A program made the position numbers and the translations under genes. Below the pieces are notes generated by a model. The model had not been told where the DNA came from. It saw only the letters and a list, made by a program, of their open reading frames with translations, and did not search any database. From Pecten maximus (taxonomy: Eukaryota), in contig NC_047020.1 of NCBI RefSeq assembly GCF_902652985.1, positions 31,992,001-32,056,000 on the forward strand: 64,000 bases of DNA. The letters run 5' to 3'. Shown piece by piece: positions 1 to 13,200 of this stretch; position 1 is the first letter of the stretch; each line of letters opens with the position of its first letter.

Positions 1-69
1 GTTATCAGTCACCTTTTCGTGTTTTTTTTTTAAAGAATTTACTTACTTTATACTTTACATTTTTATAAA

Positions 70-460
70 ACAAATTTGACTCCTGTGACTCTAAGAGTAA
101 GTCAAGGTCATCCTTTTACACTTTAATCCCAGCATATAACATTCCCAACATAAGGCCTCTAGGCCTCCTTGTTAAGAAGACAATATTTTAGAACATTTGA
201 AAACATATGTCCTTGAAAGCAGTTCAAGGTCATTCTTTTGAACAAGAGGCCCATGACATGAGTTTTGATGTGTAAAAAGGAGGTGTTCTCTTTACATGAA
301 GATTTGAACACATCTGATCTCTATGACTCTAAAAGACTTTAAAATAACTTGATAGTCCTTCTTTTCAGTAATTATTGCTACTTGCACAATACCATGATTC
401 TGGGTTTCTTCTGAAAGGTGAATAAGTTGTTCATATTTTAGCACAATTGACAACTATGAC
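70..460. repeat. Degenerate relic of the ~145-bp HINE core repeat
   Basis: Decayed copies of TTTGACYCCTGTGAC..TCAAGGTCAT..TTTGAACAA and CCCAGCAT motifs, as in the arrays at 20.9-25.6 kb. Confidence 0.5.
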
Positions 461-1589
461 CTACATGTACAGAAGGGAGGGTTGAAGCATGCATTTAGGT
501 GAAGTGTTGATATATGTGGTTTGATGCTCCCTACCTGTGTTTTTTCTTTCTCAAGAAGCTGAGAAACTGGTTGGTTTGCCTTTTGTGGTAATGTCATTGG
601 GTGAGACAATTTACCCTAATTGCTCTCGATGTAGTTTAAATTAAATGACTTTATTTTCCAAAAATCATGTTTTAAATACACCATATAATAGAAACGTCAA
701 GTAACAAAGTACTGTATTATGGCCAGGCACTATATGTTGTTCAGTGAGGTAGTCACAAACTACTACATGGAGGCCCTGCTTTAAAATGGCCTCAGTTGTT
801 GATTGGGCACAACAAATTGTGACTTTCACTTAACAAAACTGGTAACACTTTATCACAGTATGTATTGTGTTACATTTCATGCATGGTTAATATACATGGA
901 AAAGAACAATAAACATATTGTGTTTGCTTTAAACATTTTATTAATAACATGACATTTTTGTAGATACAAATTTTTTTTGTAGAAGGGAAATAGATATTTT
1001 CATATCAATGTATAAATAGAGGAATTATCGACTACCTGAGATATGGACTACAGCAATAACGTCCTGTTAAGTTTACATTACTTGCATATAATACTATCTG
1101 AATATGCTGTTTCGAATGAATTATGTTTTTATGGAGGGATTTTTACCCTTTCTTTACAGACCTGCCAGTGATGCTCTCCATTTAATTATTACTAAAGGCT
1201 ATATTTTTTTGGATTGATACTGATCAATGCATGCAATGGTGGAATTATAGTATAGATTAGTATAGCTTACAGATTTCTTTATTACATGATATTAAAGTAG
1301 AACAAAAGGTATACATAACAATATTTCCACATTAAACAAAGAATTGGTAAAAGCTAAATACAATTATTTCAACACTGTTAAAGCAATCATAGAGTCATTT
1401 GATGTCTTCAATATTAAGATAATATCTTTTTTTAATGATGTCACATTTTCATGAAAAAAGTTACTAAAAAAATGATTACAATAGTTTGCATATTCAAAAG
1501 TTCAATATCAACGTCATGATAGTGTATGATCTTTTGAATATTGATTAAGTGAGTGTATGATAATCAATTGTTTTCCCAGCATCCAATAT

Positions 1590-2572
1590 AGTGGATGGAA
1601 GACTTTGGTTAAACGTCCTTTCCATGGTACAGTATAGTGATAATCAATGTTCACAGTTGATGGAATACTTTGGTCAAACATCCTTTCCATGGTACAGTAT
1701 AGTGGTAATCAATGTTTACAGTGGATGGAAGACTTTGGTCAAACATCCTTTCCATGGTACAGTATAGTGGTAATCAATGTTTACAGTGGATGGAAGACTT
1801 TGGTCAAACATCCTTTCCATGGTACAGTATAGTGGTAATCAATGTTTACAGTGGATGGAAGACTTTGGTCAAACATCCTTTCCATGGTACAGTATAGTGG
1901 TAATCAATGTTCATGGTGGATGGAAGACTTCAGTCAAACATCCTTTCCATGGTACAGTATAGTGATAATCAATGTTCACAGTGGATGGAAGACTTTGGTC
2001 AAACATCCTTTCCATGGTACAGTTTAGTGGTAATCAATGTTTACAGTGGATGGAAGACTTCAGTCAAACATCCTTTCCATGGTACAGTATAGTGGTAATC
2101 AATGTTCATGGTGGATGGAAGACTTCAGTCAAACATCCTTTCCATGGTACAGTAAAGTGGTAATCAATGTTCATAATGGATGGAAGACTTTGGTCTTCAA
2201 ACATCTTTTCCATGGTACAGTAAAGTGGTAATCAATGTTCACTGTGGATGGAAGACTTTGGTCAAACATCCTTTCCATGGTACAGTTTAGTGGTAATCAA
2301 TGTTCATAGAATTAGTGGATGGAAGACTTTGGTCAAACATCCTTTCCATGGTACAGTATAGTGGTAATCAATGTTCATGGTGGATGGAAGACTTCAGTCA
2401 AACATCCTTTCCATGGTACAGTAAAGTGGTAATCAATGTTCATAGTGGATGGAAGACTTTGGTCAAACATCCTTTCCATGGTACAGTATAGTGGTAATCA
2501 ATGTTCATAATGGATTGAAGACTTTGGTCTTCAAACATCCTTTCCATGGTACAGTATAGTGGTAATAAATGT
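1590..2572. repeat. 65-bp tandem repeat, ~15 copies
   Basis: Unit GTGGATGGAAGACTTTGGTCAAACATCCTTTCCATGGTACAGTATAGTGGTAATCAATGTTTACA. The predicted ORFs recur every 65 bp. Confidence 0.95.
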
Positions 2573-3349
2573 TTGAAATATTTTTAATTCTTACCATTAT
2601 TATATAGGTAATTAAGGATAAAAGAAAAAAAATAGAAGTCAAATGAAGGCAATGTGACATCAGATATATGTACAAATCATAGTTTGTCATCGTAACTCAT
2701 TATCTTCATGGCAAAAAGTCCTGTAATCGTATTTGAAAAACAGTACAAGATATGTTAACAAGCATGACACAATGATAATCATTCAATTTTCAAAACTATT
2801 TTGTAGATAGTTGTTGGAAGTCTATATATAATATTTAGATTAAAATGTACATTTTACATCTATATTTATAAATACATACAGAAGATTTTTGTTATGACAT
2901 TGCTGACAGGACTCTCTACTGTAAATGTTTTGTTTTAATTCTTAGCATAGAACTCGCTACTTTTTCTTATACAACTCCATTTAAGGGGTTGACAATAACA
3001 GTATTTTGGGTTGGTATATCACTCAGCTGCTGGCAGTTTAGCACAGTATGTGCTTTGAACATCAACGTGAAGTCACAAAGCTGCATTATAAGGTGGGGGT
3101 TTCCTGTATTGTTGGAATTGTAGAAAACTGAAACATAGCAAATCCATACTATAGAGATATTAGATATAAGAATTAGTGGCACATATGGAGAAAGCTAAGA
3201 AAATAGATCTAATGTGCACACATATGTCTGGAAATTTTAGCAGCATCCTAGCAGCCATGAGCTGTTGTGTAATACTGTCAGTGTCAACCCCTGTGATCAA
3301 AACCCCACCCCTCCCTTTACTGATTCACACATTCAAACAGAATAAAAGG

Positions 3350-4135
3350 AACAAGAGGCCCATGGGCTTTAACGGTCACCTGAGATTTGAAATATTTCAG
3401 TTAATTTAAATGACCCATTTTAGCCCCGCCCATCAGCCCCTGGGGGTCAGTCAGGGCCAACATGTGTATACCATCAAACTGCCATCACAAGCTGATAATG
3501 TTTACGAAGTTAGAATTAATTCCAATACTAATCAAACAAATTATAGTCAAAAAGGTGATTTCCCTTCAAAACTATAGTAAAGTTTACCCCCTCCCCAGGG
3601 GGTCAGTCAGGGCCAACATGTGCATACCATTATTTTGTCAACCCATGCTTATAATGTTAACTAAATTATATTGAATTCCATTACAAATCCAACAAATAAA
3701 AGTAAAAAATGTGATTTCCCTATATAAACTATAGTAAAGTTTACCCCCACTCCAGAGGCAAACATGAGACCCCTGGGTCATGAAATTCACAATTTTGGTA
3801 AAGCACCTTAAGACCCTTCCATCTACGAAGAGTGTTTGATTCCATCATACCTGAGAGTAGAGAAGAAGATTTTTGAAATTTCAGTCAATTTGACCCTTTT
3901 TAACCCTGCTCCTCAGGCCCCTGAGAGGTGAGGACCATATAATTCACAATTTTGGTTGACCTTTAGCCATAGAAGCTTCCTGCCAAATTCCTTGAATTTG
4001 GTTTAGGGGTTTTGGAGAAGAAGTCGAAAATGTAAATTGTTTACGGACGCATGACAGACGATGCACGGCGGCCGACGACGGACAAAAGGCGATTAGAATA
4101 GGTCACTTGAGACTTTGTCTCAGGTGACCTAAAAA
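3350..4135 (-). mobile_element. Complete non-autonomous Helentron-associated element (HINE)
   Basis: Minus strand: T-run, subTIR+IR hairpin AGGTCACCTGAG-ACAAAGT-CTCAAGTGACCT (4100-4130), GTC/GTCC microsatellite, two ~156-bp core repeats, 3' subTIR CTCAGGTGACC, palindrome GCCCATGGGC, CTCTTGTT end. Confidence 0.85.
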
Positions 4136-4239
4136 CAAAAAGCAATTAAAAAGAAAAGTGGAGGGCCGGAAGAACTGCATTCCCCCCAAAAAATATTTTT
4201 GTTCATTCCGGTTTCGTCTTGGATGCTACAAAGTGATGT

Positions 4240-7200
4240 CTAAAAAGCAGAATAAACAAGTTTGTGATCTGACCAGCAACATTCTACAGTGCTTGATATA
4301 CAATTTTGTTCATTCGTAAAAATTAGGTCAAGTTTAGAACCAAAGTCAGTTGTGACACATGATACAACCTGTCTGCAATTGAATTCTGACTCCATCCAGT
4401 GTAGAAATGTTTCGTTTTCTGAGGTATCAACATTAAAATCTCCTAAAATGACAAAAGGTTCATCGGTGTTTATCACAGGTTTTATATGGTGTCGAATTTG
4501 TGCTTTTAGATTTAAATACGAGCATTTTGGTGATTTGTAAATAATGGCAACTTGAATTTTCTTGTTTTCCTTGCTGACATTGGCAATCATGCACTCAAAA
4601 TCAAATGAAGTGAAGATATATTTTTTTGCAAATTGAATGTTTTTGCCAAAATAAATTGCTTGTCCATGATGTGGAGTCTGAGTGTTTTGTTGGTCATTTC
4701 TCTCAATACAAAAACCTTCAAGCTTCAAACTGTCACTTGAATTACTCGTTTTCAGTTTTGTTTCTGCAAAAGCCAACACATCAGCTGCTATAATATTGAA
4801 ATCATGTCTGATATCTTTGATATGTAATGGTAAAGACCTTACATTGAGGAAAGCTACTTTGAGTTTGTTAGAGGAGAGAGTGTAAGGTGGTATGTAGCAC
4901 AACTGTAATGGAGCCTCCGTGTACATCCGCAGCATTTCATCTGTAACTGCAGTGTCAACTGAAATTTTTTGTTCATTGAGATTTATAATGTGCAAGTCAG
5001 ACAGATTTCTTACACGACTCATTGCTACATAGTGCATATGTGGCTGTTTTCTAGTGGAAGTCATGTCCACTACAACTTTGTTTAAAGTGCATCCTTGTGA
5101 TTTATGTATGGTTTTAGCTGCTGCTGGTCTGAGTGGAAACTGTATCCTGATGAAGGATTTTCTGTTGTACAAAAATGTGCGCTGTGTATCAAATATGGGA
5201 GTCCAGGTAGGCAAAATGTGGTGTGAACGTAAATGTTTATATGTTGACCTAGCTTCATTTCCAGTTGTATCATCCTCAAACTGTACCCATACAATGCTGG
5301 GTCTGTCTGTGTTTGATTGCTTGTATTCTATGTATTTTACATGACAGCATGCACCATTGACAAGCCCATCTTCAATGTTTAAATTGACAGTGATTTCATA
5401 CGCCATACCAACAGCAATGGGAGCAACATTGAGTAATCCTCCTGTCTTGCTGATTTCATTTGGAAGTGCTCTTACAAGCCTCTCTTTTACATTTGTAGGA
5501 ATGTCGCCAACAGCTGTATCAAGTGATGGTATTCTGACTTTGGTGTTTTCTGTTTGTTCAAATATATTATCATTGAAATTGTCTACTTGTTTGTTTGTTG
5601 TGAACAGATGTGGGGCCTCTTTTGGATAATTTATGTCAGTTGGTTTGACAACTCGTGACATCAAAGTGGAAAGATCTGATTCAGATAGCCTGCCATTTAC
5701 CATACAACGCATTCTGTTCAGAAGTTCAGCAAAGTCTCTGTCATCTTTCTGACGCATGATTTCATTCAGTTCGTGTACTGTAAATAATGCTTTCCATATG
5801 TTTGTTGCAAGTGGACCCAATTGTTCTTGTAGATTTTGAAATATCCAGTGGTCCATCACAGGTTTCAACTGATAAAGGTCACCAATAAGAATGACACTAA
5901 CTCCTCCAAACAACTGTTTTTGATTACCTTTGATTCTCTGCAAACATTCATTAATCAGTGAAAACATTTTGTTTCCAACCATGGAAACTTCATCTATGAT
6001 GACAATAGACAAATCTCTGTATTTAACCCTGAGTGAATTCAGTGTGTCTGAATCAACATGGTAGCTCTGATAACCACGGTTTGGAAGGATTTTAAATGCA
6101 GTGTGTATTGTTGTACCATTGATGTTATGAGCAGCTTTTCCTGTTGGTGCACATAAGAGAACTTTGCAGTTTTCTGGATTGTCGCCTTCTCTAGCACAAA
6201 GATGTCTTTTCAATGCTTGGTACAATGTTTTGATAACAACAGATTTTCCTACACCAGCACCACCTGTTAAGAATGCATACAATGGACAATCTTTTGTTTT
6301 GATCCAGTGCAACACATGCAAGAAAAATTCCTTTTGTTTTATATTTAGTTTGCGTACGAGTTCCAGGTACTCTGTGTTTGGCAATATGTTAGGTGTATAG
6401 TCTATATTTGGGAATGTTTGTGATACACCGATATCAATTCCAATATCATAATCTTTGTGAGAGGCACTCTGTGGTTTGTAGTACACAAATTGTTCACTAT
6501 CTCGTGAGCCAGCTTGATCATCTTCCTCCTCAATATGCTGTGTCAATGGTGCAATTTGGTCAAATTCTTCACCCATGTCATCTGTTGCTGTTTGTAGGGC
6601 AATATCAAGTTCATCTGCATGATGTTCATATTCAATAAGTTTGGTGTCAACAATGTGTCTAACATGCTCATAATGTTCTTGGAATGTACTAAATCCCCCT
6701 AGTAAGTCAGTATCCTCTTTTCTCCATGGCAGGAATAATAGAAGTTTTTCTCTGTAGTGGTTTTCTGGGTCAGTCTTTGCATTGTATCGCACATAGCGAA
6801 TTATTTTTATATTTTTTCTACGTTTAAACACAATCCCATTTGGCATGGTGAATGTTGTCCAGTTTTCTGAAATAGTTACGGTTTCATCCTCACTGTCAGA
6901 ATCAGACATAATTATGTCATCATCATTGTTTTCCTCTTTTTGGTCTTTTTTCTTTGGATATGTTATGTCAAGTTCCGAGACATAATCTGCCAAACACATT
7001 GTTTGAAGCTGTTTTGGTCGTTTTGAATAACGTTTCACAACATTATCTGATTCAATGTCAGTAGATTGTGGTGGAAGTTCTTCCAATATATCTTTTTGCT
7101 TGAGAAGAAATGTCCTTTCACTTGCCTCTGATGTGTTGATAAAAACAACATCTCTAGATGATTTGGTGAGTGGAAGTTGGAGTGTAAGATATGCTGCTTC

Positions 7201-10200
7201 TTGTGCACAAACTTCAACACTGTTTAAAAATTTGTTGCCCATATGTCTTACTTGACGCTTGATATCCATATTTCCTTTTCGTGCTTCTTTACAAGCTTCA
7301 TCAAGGAGTATACTCATTCCTCTTTGGGATTTGCTGATATAAGCCACAATGTACACAGCACATGCATAAGGATCAAGTACAAATTGTAGATCATGATTAG
7401 CGTTCCATGCCTGTAGTAAGGATGTCATGTACGGATTGATTCGTACCTCAGACGGCTTTCGTTTAAGAAAGACCTTTGGGGACTTTAGAGATGATCTAAT
7501 ACACAAGATGTACTCTTCTTCTGACATGTTGGCCACATTTTCAAGAAAGCTGTTAAACGTCAAATGCTCTGCATCTTTCATATCTGTAATTTTCTTCTGT
7601 AGTTCTTGGTATTTCTTTTTTAGATTTTCATGATCCTCATCTAAAGGCTCCAATACCATAGTTTTGGACATTGGCGGCAATGGAAAGCCAAATCTACATA
7701 CAGGTTTTCCTTTCTTTCTGCATGTTTTTGAGTGTTTGTGTGTTTGTATATCGATATGCGAGGAGAGATGATCTTGTACATTTGCATTGCAAGAAGTATG
7801 TTTGTCAACAAATTCTGATATTGCTTGTGCAGAGTCCTGTTTGTATTTAGGAGCATTTTGTACCCACATCAACATGTGTATATGGGGCGAGCCTCTGTGT
7901 TGAAATTCTACTCGATAAAAATAATCTGTCAAAATGCCAAGTGGAGCATGGTCAGACTTGAGTACAGTAGTAATGAAGTGTTGAACTCTGTGATCAAAGT
8001 ATCTTGCACATGTTATAGGGTCTTTTTGTACCAAGCTTGTTTTGTCGTTCCATGTCATGTTGATTATTTGGTCTTCAGTGTAACAAAGTTTGTCGTTCAA
8101 CTCACCAAGTATTCTCAACAGATCATGCCATCGGGTATCACCGGCAGATAACGAACCAAACCAAGTTGGTAGTCCCAGTTGTCTTATCATAGCAAACACA
8201 TCTTTTTTCCTTTTTTCTAAGTAAGGCGGAGAGTTTCTTAGAGTCCTGAATATGTAATAACCTTCATCAAGATTAACTAATTTGTTCATATGTGAAGAAT
8301 TTAAGGCATCTGCAGCAGTTATATTTTTCCCTTTGCTTTTGCATCTTCTGATAGCCAAATATACTTTGTCAGATATTTGTTTCATTTGGATTTTCTTCAT
8401 TTTAAAGAAAATATTTGGAACCGAGTTTGCAGCTCTTCGGTCTACATGACGGAGTTCCCACTTTACAATGTCACTATAGTGGACCTTCACTTCTCTTTGT
8501 GAATTTTCAACTCTACTTTTACCACAGAAAATGGCAGGAAAAGATAACTCCTCTGCATTTTTGTCAGAATATAAACTCAAAGGATGTTGACCTTCTCCAG
8601 GTGCAAATGTGTATGTTGAATCACATTGAGGACAAATAGGTTCTATCAATGTATCTGAATTGCCAATTACTCTTTCTGTTTGATCAATTTCACTGAATGT
8701 GTCAGATTCATTTCCTCCATCATCTGATTGATCAGCACTTTCACTTGAAGGATTTGCCATGAAAGAATGAATAGATTCATCAGCTGAGGTGTTCAGTTTC
8801 GAAATCCATTCTTCATCAATTTCAATGCCAGATGATTTATATAGATCACTGTTATTGAATAACCAGTGGAGAGCCTGAAGTACTTTGTAAGGGCGTACGT
8901 TTTCTGTGAACTCACACTTATTGTAAGCCAACTTTCGTTTTATCCTAACTGGTATGGTTGTTTCATCAAACTGGCGGGGTAGTGCTTTGATTGTTGGTTG
9001 TATGTCTACTGGAACATTCACAACATTGCCATGAATACTCAATTGACCACCTCGAGGGAGTTCTCTCATCTGCATGAAAGGTATGCGTAAAGCAACCAAT
9101 CTCTCTTCAAGTTGATGTAAATCCAGTTCAAATGGTAAGGGAGGAAATGACAATTTATTTGCAGTTGACAAAGTTGGCAGTTTTTTATTTTTCAAACTTA
9201 ATGAACATGTTCTACATATCCATTCTTTTCTATCTTTGGATTTGAAACCTGTGCTACATCTTTGAAAAAGGGGGGAGAGTTCAATGTTTGAAGGCAGCTC
9301 TGTAACTGAATGTCTAAACCATGTTTGGTGACAACAGGTGCATACATATGTTGGACCATCAGCAATAGCTTTGTGGAATTTATCAATAGTAATGTCCAAG
9401 GTAGACCCACACTTAAATTGTTTTTCCTTTAAGGACATGGCTGGGTCTTTTCTGATTTTTCTTTTTGATTGTTTGCCTTTTAGTCTTTCTTGTACAATAC
9501 TTGACAAAATTTGTCGTGATGACTGTTTTGCCACCCTTTCTTTTTCTACATAATATTTTGAAAGTCTAGCTTTCTTTTTACTCTGAAGTTCTCTTGCTCT
9601 TTCTTCCTGTCTAAAGTGTTCATTTGTTCTTGCTTTCCTTTTGTGTGTTATTTCTCTATCTTTTTCTATTTTTCTGTATTCATCATTAAGTCTTGTTTTT
9701 CTTTTACTTTCTGCTTCTCTGAGCTTTTCTTTGCCTCTGTACTCATTATCAAGCCTGGCTCTTTTTTTGCTTTCCATTTCTTTAAGCTTTTCTTTGCCTC
9801 TGTTCTCGTCATCAAGTCTAGCTCTTTTTTTGTTTTCTATTTCTCTGAGTTTTTCTTTGGATCTATACTCATCATCAAGTCTGGCTCTTTTTTTGTTTTC
9901 TATTTCTCTGAGTTTTTCTTTGTCTCTGTAATCATCATCAGATCTAGCTTTAGTTTTGCTTTGTTTCTCCCATTTTTTTTCTTTGTCTCTGTACTCATCA
10001 TCAAGTCTAGCTCTTTTTTTGTTTTCTATTTCTCTAAGCTTTTCTTTAGATCTGTACTCATCATCAGATCTTACTTTAGTTTTTCTTTGTTTATCCCGTA
10101 TTTTTTCTTTAGTTCTGTACTCATCAGCAAGTCTGGCTTTCTTTTTTATGTGCATTTCCAAAGTTCTTTCTTTACTTCTGAACATATCATCAGATCTAGC

Positions 10201-13200
10201 TTTTGCTTTATTTTGTACTTCTTTCAGTCTGAAATTCTTATTCAGTCGTTGTATTCTTTTGTAATTCCGATTATAAATTTTTCTTTGTTCCCTTTCTTGA
10301 TTCTGAAAAATTTCACGATTATGTAAAGATTTTGCTTCACTGATTTTTTTAACTTTTTTTTCATTAAGTTCTTTTTGAACCTTGAAATACACTTCAAGTT
10401 TATCAAATATTTCATTGTTTTGTTTCTGGTGGACACAGGGAGGTGGATGTGGAGCAGTAACATTCTGTTCAGGTTCTAATGTAACACAACGCAGTTTATC
10501 AGAACAATGTTGTGCAGAAAGAGGCAAATATAGCTTTTGTTTTGTGCCCAGGCCTTGGCTTTGGGAAGCTTGGAGCTCATTGGGTAAAATTGATATATGT
10601 CTTTCTTCTGTATTCTCATCACTTCTCGAGAGGTGTTCTTCTTTAACTGTTACAGCAGTAACTTCAAATGGATCATGTACAGAATAGTTCATTGACACTC
10701 CCAAATTAAGACAATGTTCATACACCTGCTGAATAGTTGAGAAAGTCAAAAGAACACTTTTCCCATTTGGTACTTGCAAACCAGAGACACTTCTAGAATG
10801 GGAATCGAAAACAAAATACTTATTTGCTCCTTTTATGACAATAAATGTATTTCCCTTAAAAGTGATGAAAGCACCATTACTCTCCTGTTGATCTAGAGCC
10901 AAATTCAATGCTTCATATAATGTGAATGATAGGAAAATATCCAAGTCTTGACCTGTGTTTCCCATTGTTCCCTGAAGTGATTCTTGAAATTCAAATTTGT
11001 AAATTTTGTCATAACATTCCAGCTGCCTTGGTATTTCTTGTATAGATACATACTCATTATGCATAGTAGAACTGCGACATAACAATCCATACATTTCATC
11101 ACCTTTTATTAATGTATGATCAAGATCTGAGGATGTCCATGATGTCATACATTTTTCTCTACTCAATACAAGAGCAGACAAACTATTAAGGACACACTGC
11201 TTTCCAGAATTTTCTAAAAACCTATCATGGCCCTGGTGAAAATGTCCTTGAACCACTGTTTTAACACAGGTTTGACTAAGATATTGTACTTCTTTTTCAA
11301 TAGGTTGGATGACTGAATCATTTGCCATTGGAACACATTTGGGTGGTTTTATTTCCTTTTTTTTACTTTCTGTGTCAATAACGGATTGAGTGTGGATATT
11401 ACAGACACCAGTATCTCTTTGTATACAACTACCTGCGAATGCTTCAACATTGTGTGGATCATTTGCTACATTTAAAACAGGTTCATAGTGTGCTTGATAC
11501 TGATGTACTAGGTATATGGCTTCTTGTTCTACTTCATTGTTCCTGTCTACTTGTTTTGCAGAGAATTTCATCCAGGACAGCATATTTTCCTCATATATGT
11601 AAATATCTGTATGTAGTAAATCAGCAGAGGAAAGAATTTCAACTTCTGTAGCCCAGGTACCATTTTCAAGCATACGCCTTTTTTTGACCCAGTCATGAAC
11701 AGACTTGTAACCTGATCGCAAGTGGCTGATGTATTGCTTTTCCTTTTCTAACATATGACGTACAGTAGCTTGTCGTAATTGACCATAGTGCAATTCGTTA
11801 CCAAATATACTGTAGGATAAAGCTCTAAAAAAACAGTTGCCATCCCCCTGTATTTCCTTTGTCTGTACTGGTTTACCCAACTGTTTAACATCACAACAGG
11901 TAGACACAGAGGTTGATTCAGCTGTTACACCAAACATATTTGCTAGTTTCTGTTTTGTGGCTGTTGATAATGGACTATAAGTGAATTTATCTGGCATAGT
12001 TTGTTTTTCAAAGATGACATCTTCACCAGAGTTTTTTTTACTACTAGATATGTCATCTTTTTTCTGGTTGCTGTTTGTTTGAGTGAGAACTCTTTGGAGT
12101 AAATCCTTTTCAATATTTGGTTCAGACAACATTTCTATTCTTTTTTGTATCAGCTGTTTCATATTCAGAGAAATCAAAACTGGCTGGTTTTCATTGTCAA
12201 CAGTAGTATTTTTCTTGTCATGTGATGTGGTTTTGTTCGTTCCGTTTGTGTATTGTTGTTTGTTGAATTTACGCTGGATTATTCTCCTATATCTTTTAGC
12301 TTTCGATGTCTTTACTACATGATTTGTTAAATCAGGAGGTGACTCGTTCAATGTGCTACAATCATTCTTTGTTGAAATTGAAGGGTCAGTTTTGTTTGTT
12401 TTCTTTGTAATATCAGTAGTATTGTTTTCGTTTTTTCTTTTATAGCCTGAAGAGCTTTTGCATACTTTTTTGGTACTTCTCTCTTTGATTTGTTTGGAGC
12501 TTTTCATTTCAGTATCTGTGCATGTTTTGATTTTGAGATTTTTTGTTTTAATCCTTTTTCCATTTGATGGTTTTTGACAAGAGTATCTTAATTTTGATAC
12601 AGGCATTTTTTTCCTTGGCCTTTTGTCTATGGCATTCATATGCGACAGTTTCTGTTCCTTTGTTGGAGGTTTTCTCCTGTCATATTTTGCTGTGATAAGC
12701 ATGATGTTATAAAGTTTTCTTTCGTCTTTTTTCACATGCTTTCTTTCATTCACATTCTTTTTATCACATAAAACTGCTTTATCATGTGCAATTCTTTCAA
12801 CTGTGGTTTTGTGTGGTTTGTTTGATTTTCCAAACAAATCAGACATTGGTTCACTAGATTCTTCGTGCTTTGATTTATATCTTGTTTCCATCATGATTTC
12901 TGATCTTCTTCCATGCATTGTCTCAATGTCCATTTCGTAAGATTCAACTTTTGGATCATTATTTATTTCAGAGCTTTGTTCAGTTTCTTGTTTTGTCTCA
13001 AGCATATCTTCAGGGTTTGATTCAAGCATACTAAGGCAGTTAATTTCACAGTTTATTTTATTGAAGCTTGTTTGATAAGAATTCATTTCACCAAAGTTTG
13101 TTTCAATGACTGTTTTAATTATGGAGTCAGATTTTGTTTCACAGTTTGTTTCATAGTTTATTTCAGGCTTTGTTTGACAGTTTGTTTGATAGTTTGCTTG

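Noticed and set aside
531-600. Possible minus-strand exon (LPQKANQPVSQLLEKEKTQ|GT)
   Set aside because: No convincing acceptor or recognisable homology.
1647-2491. Series of ~61-aa ORFs
   Set aside because: Artefacts of the 65-bp repeat; the frame shifts with each unit.
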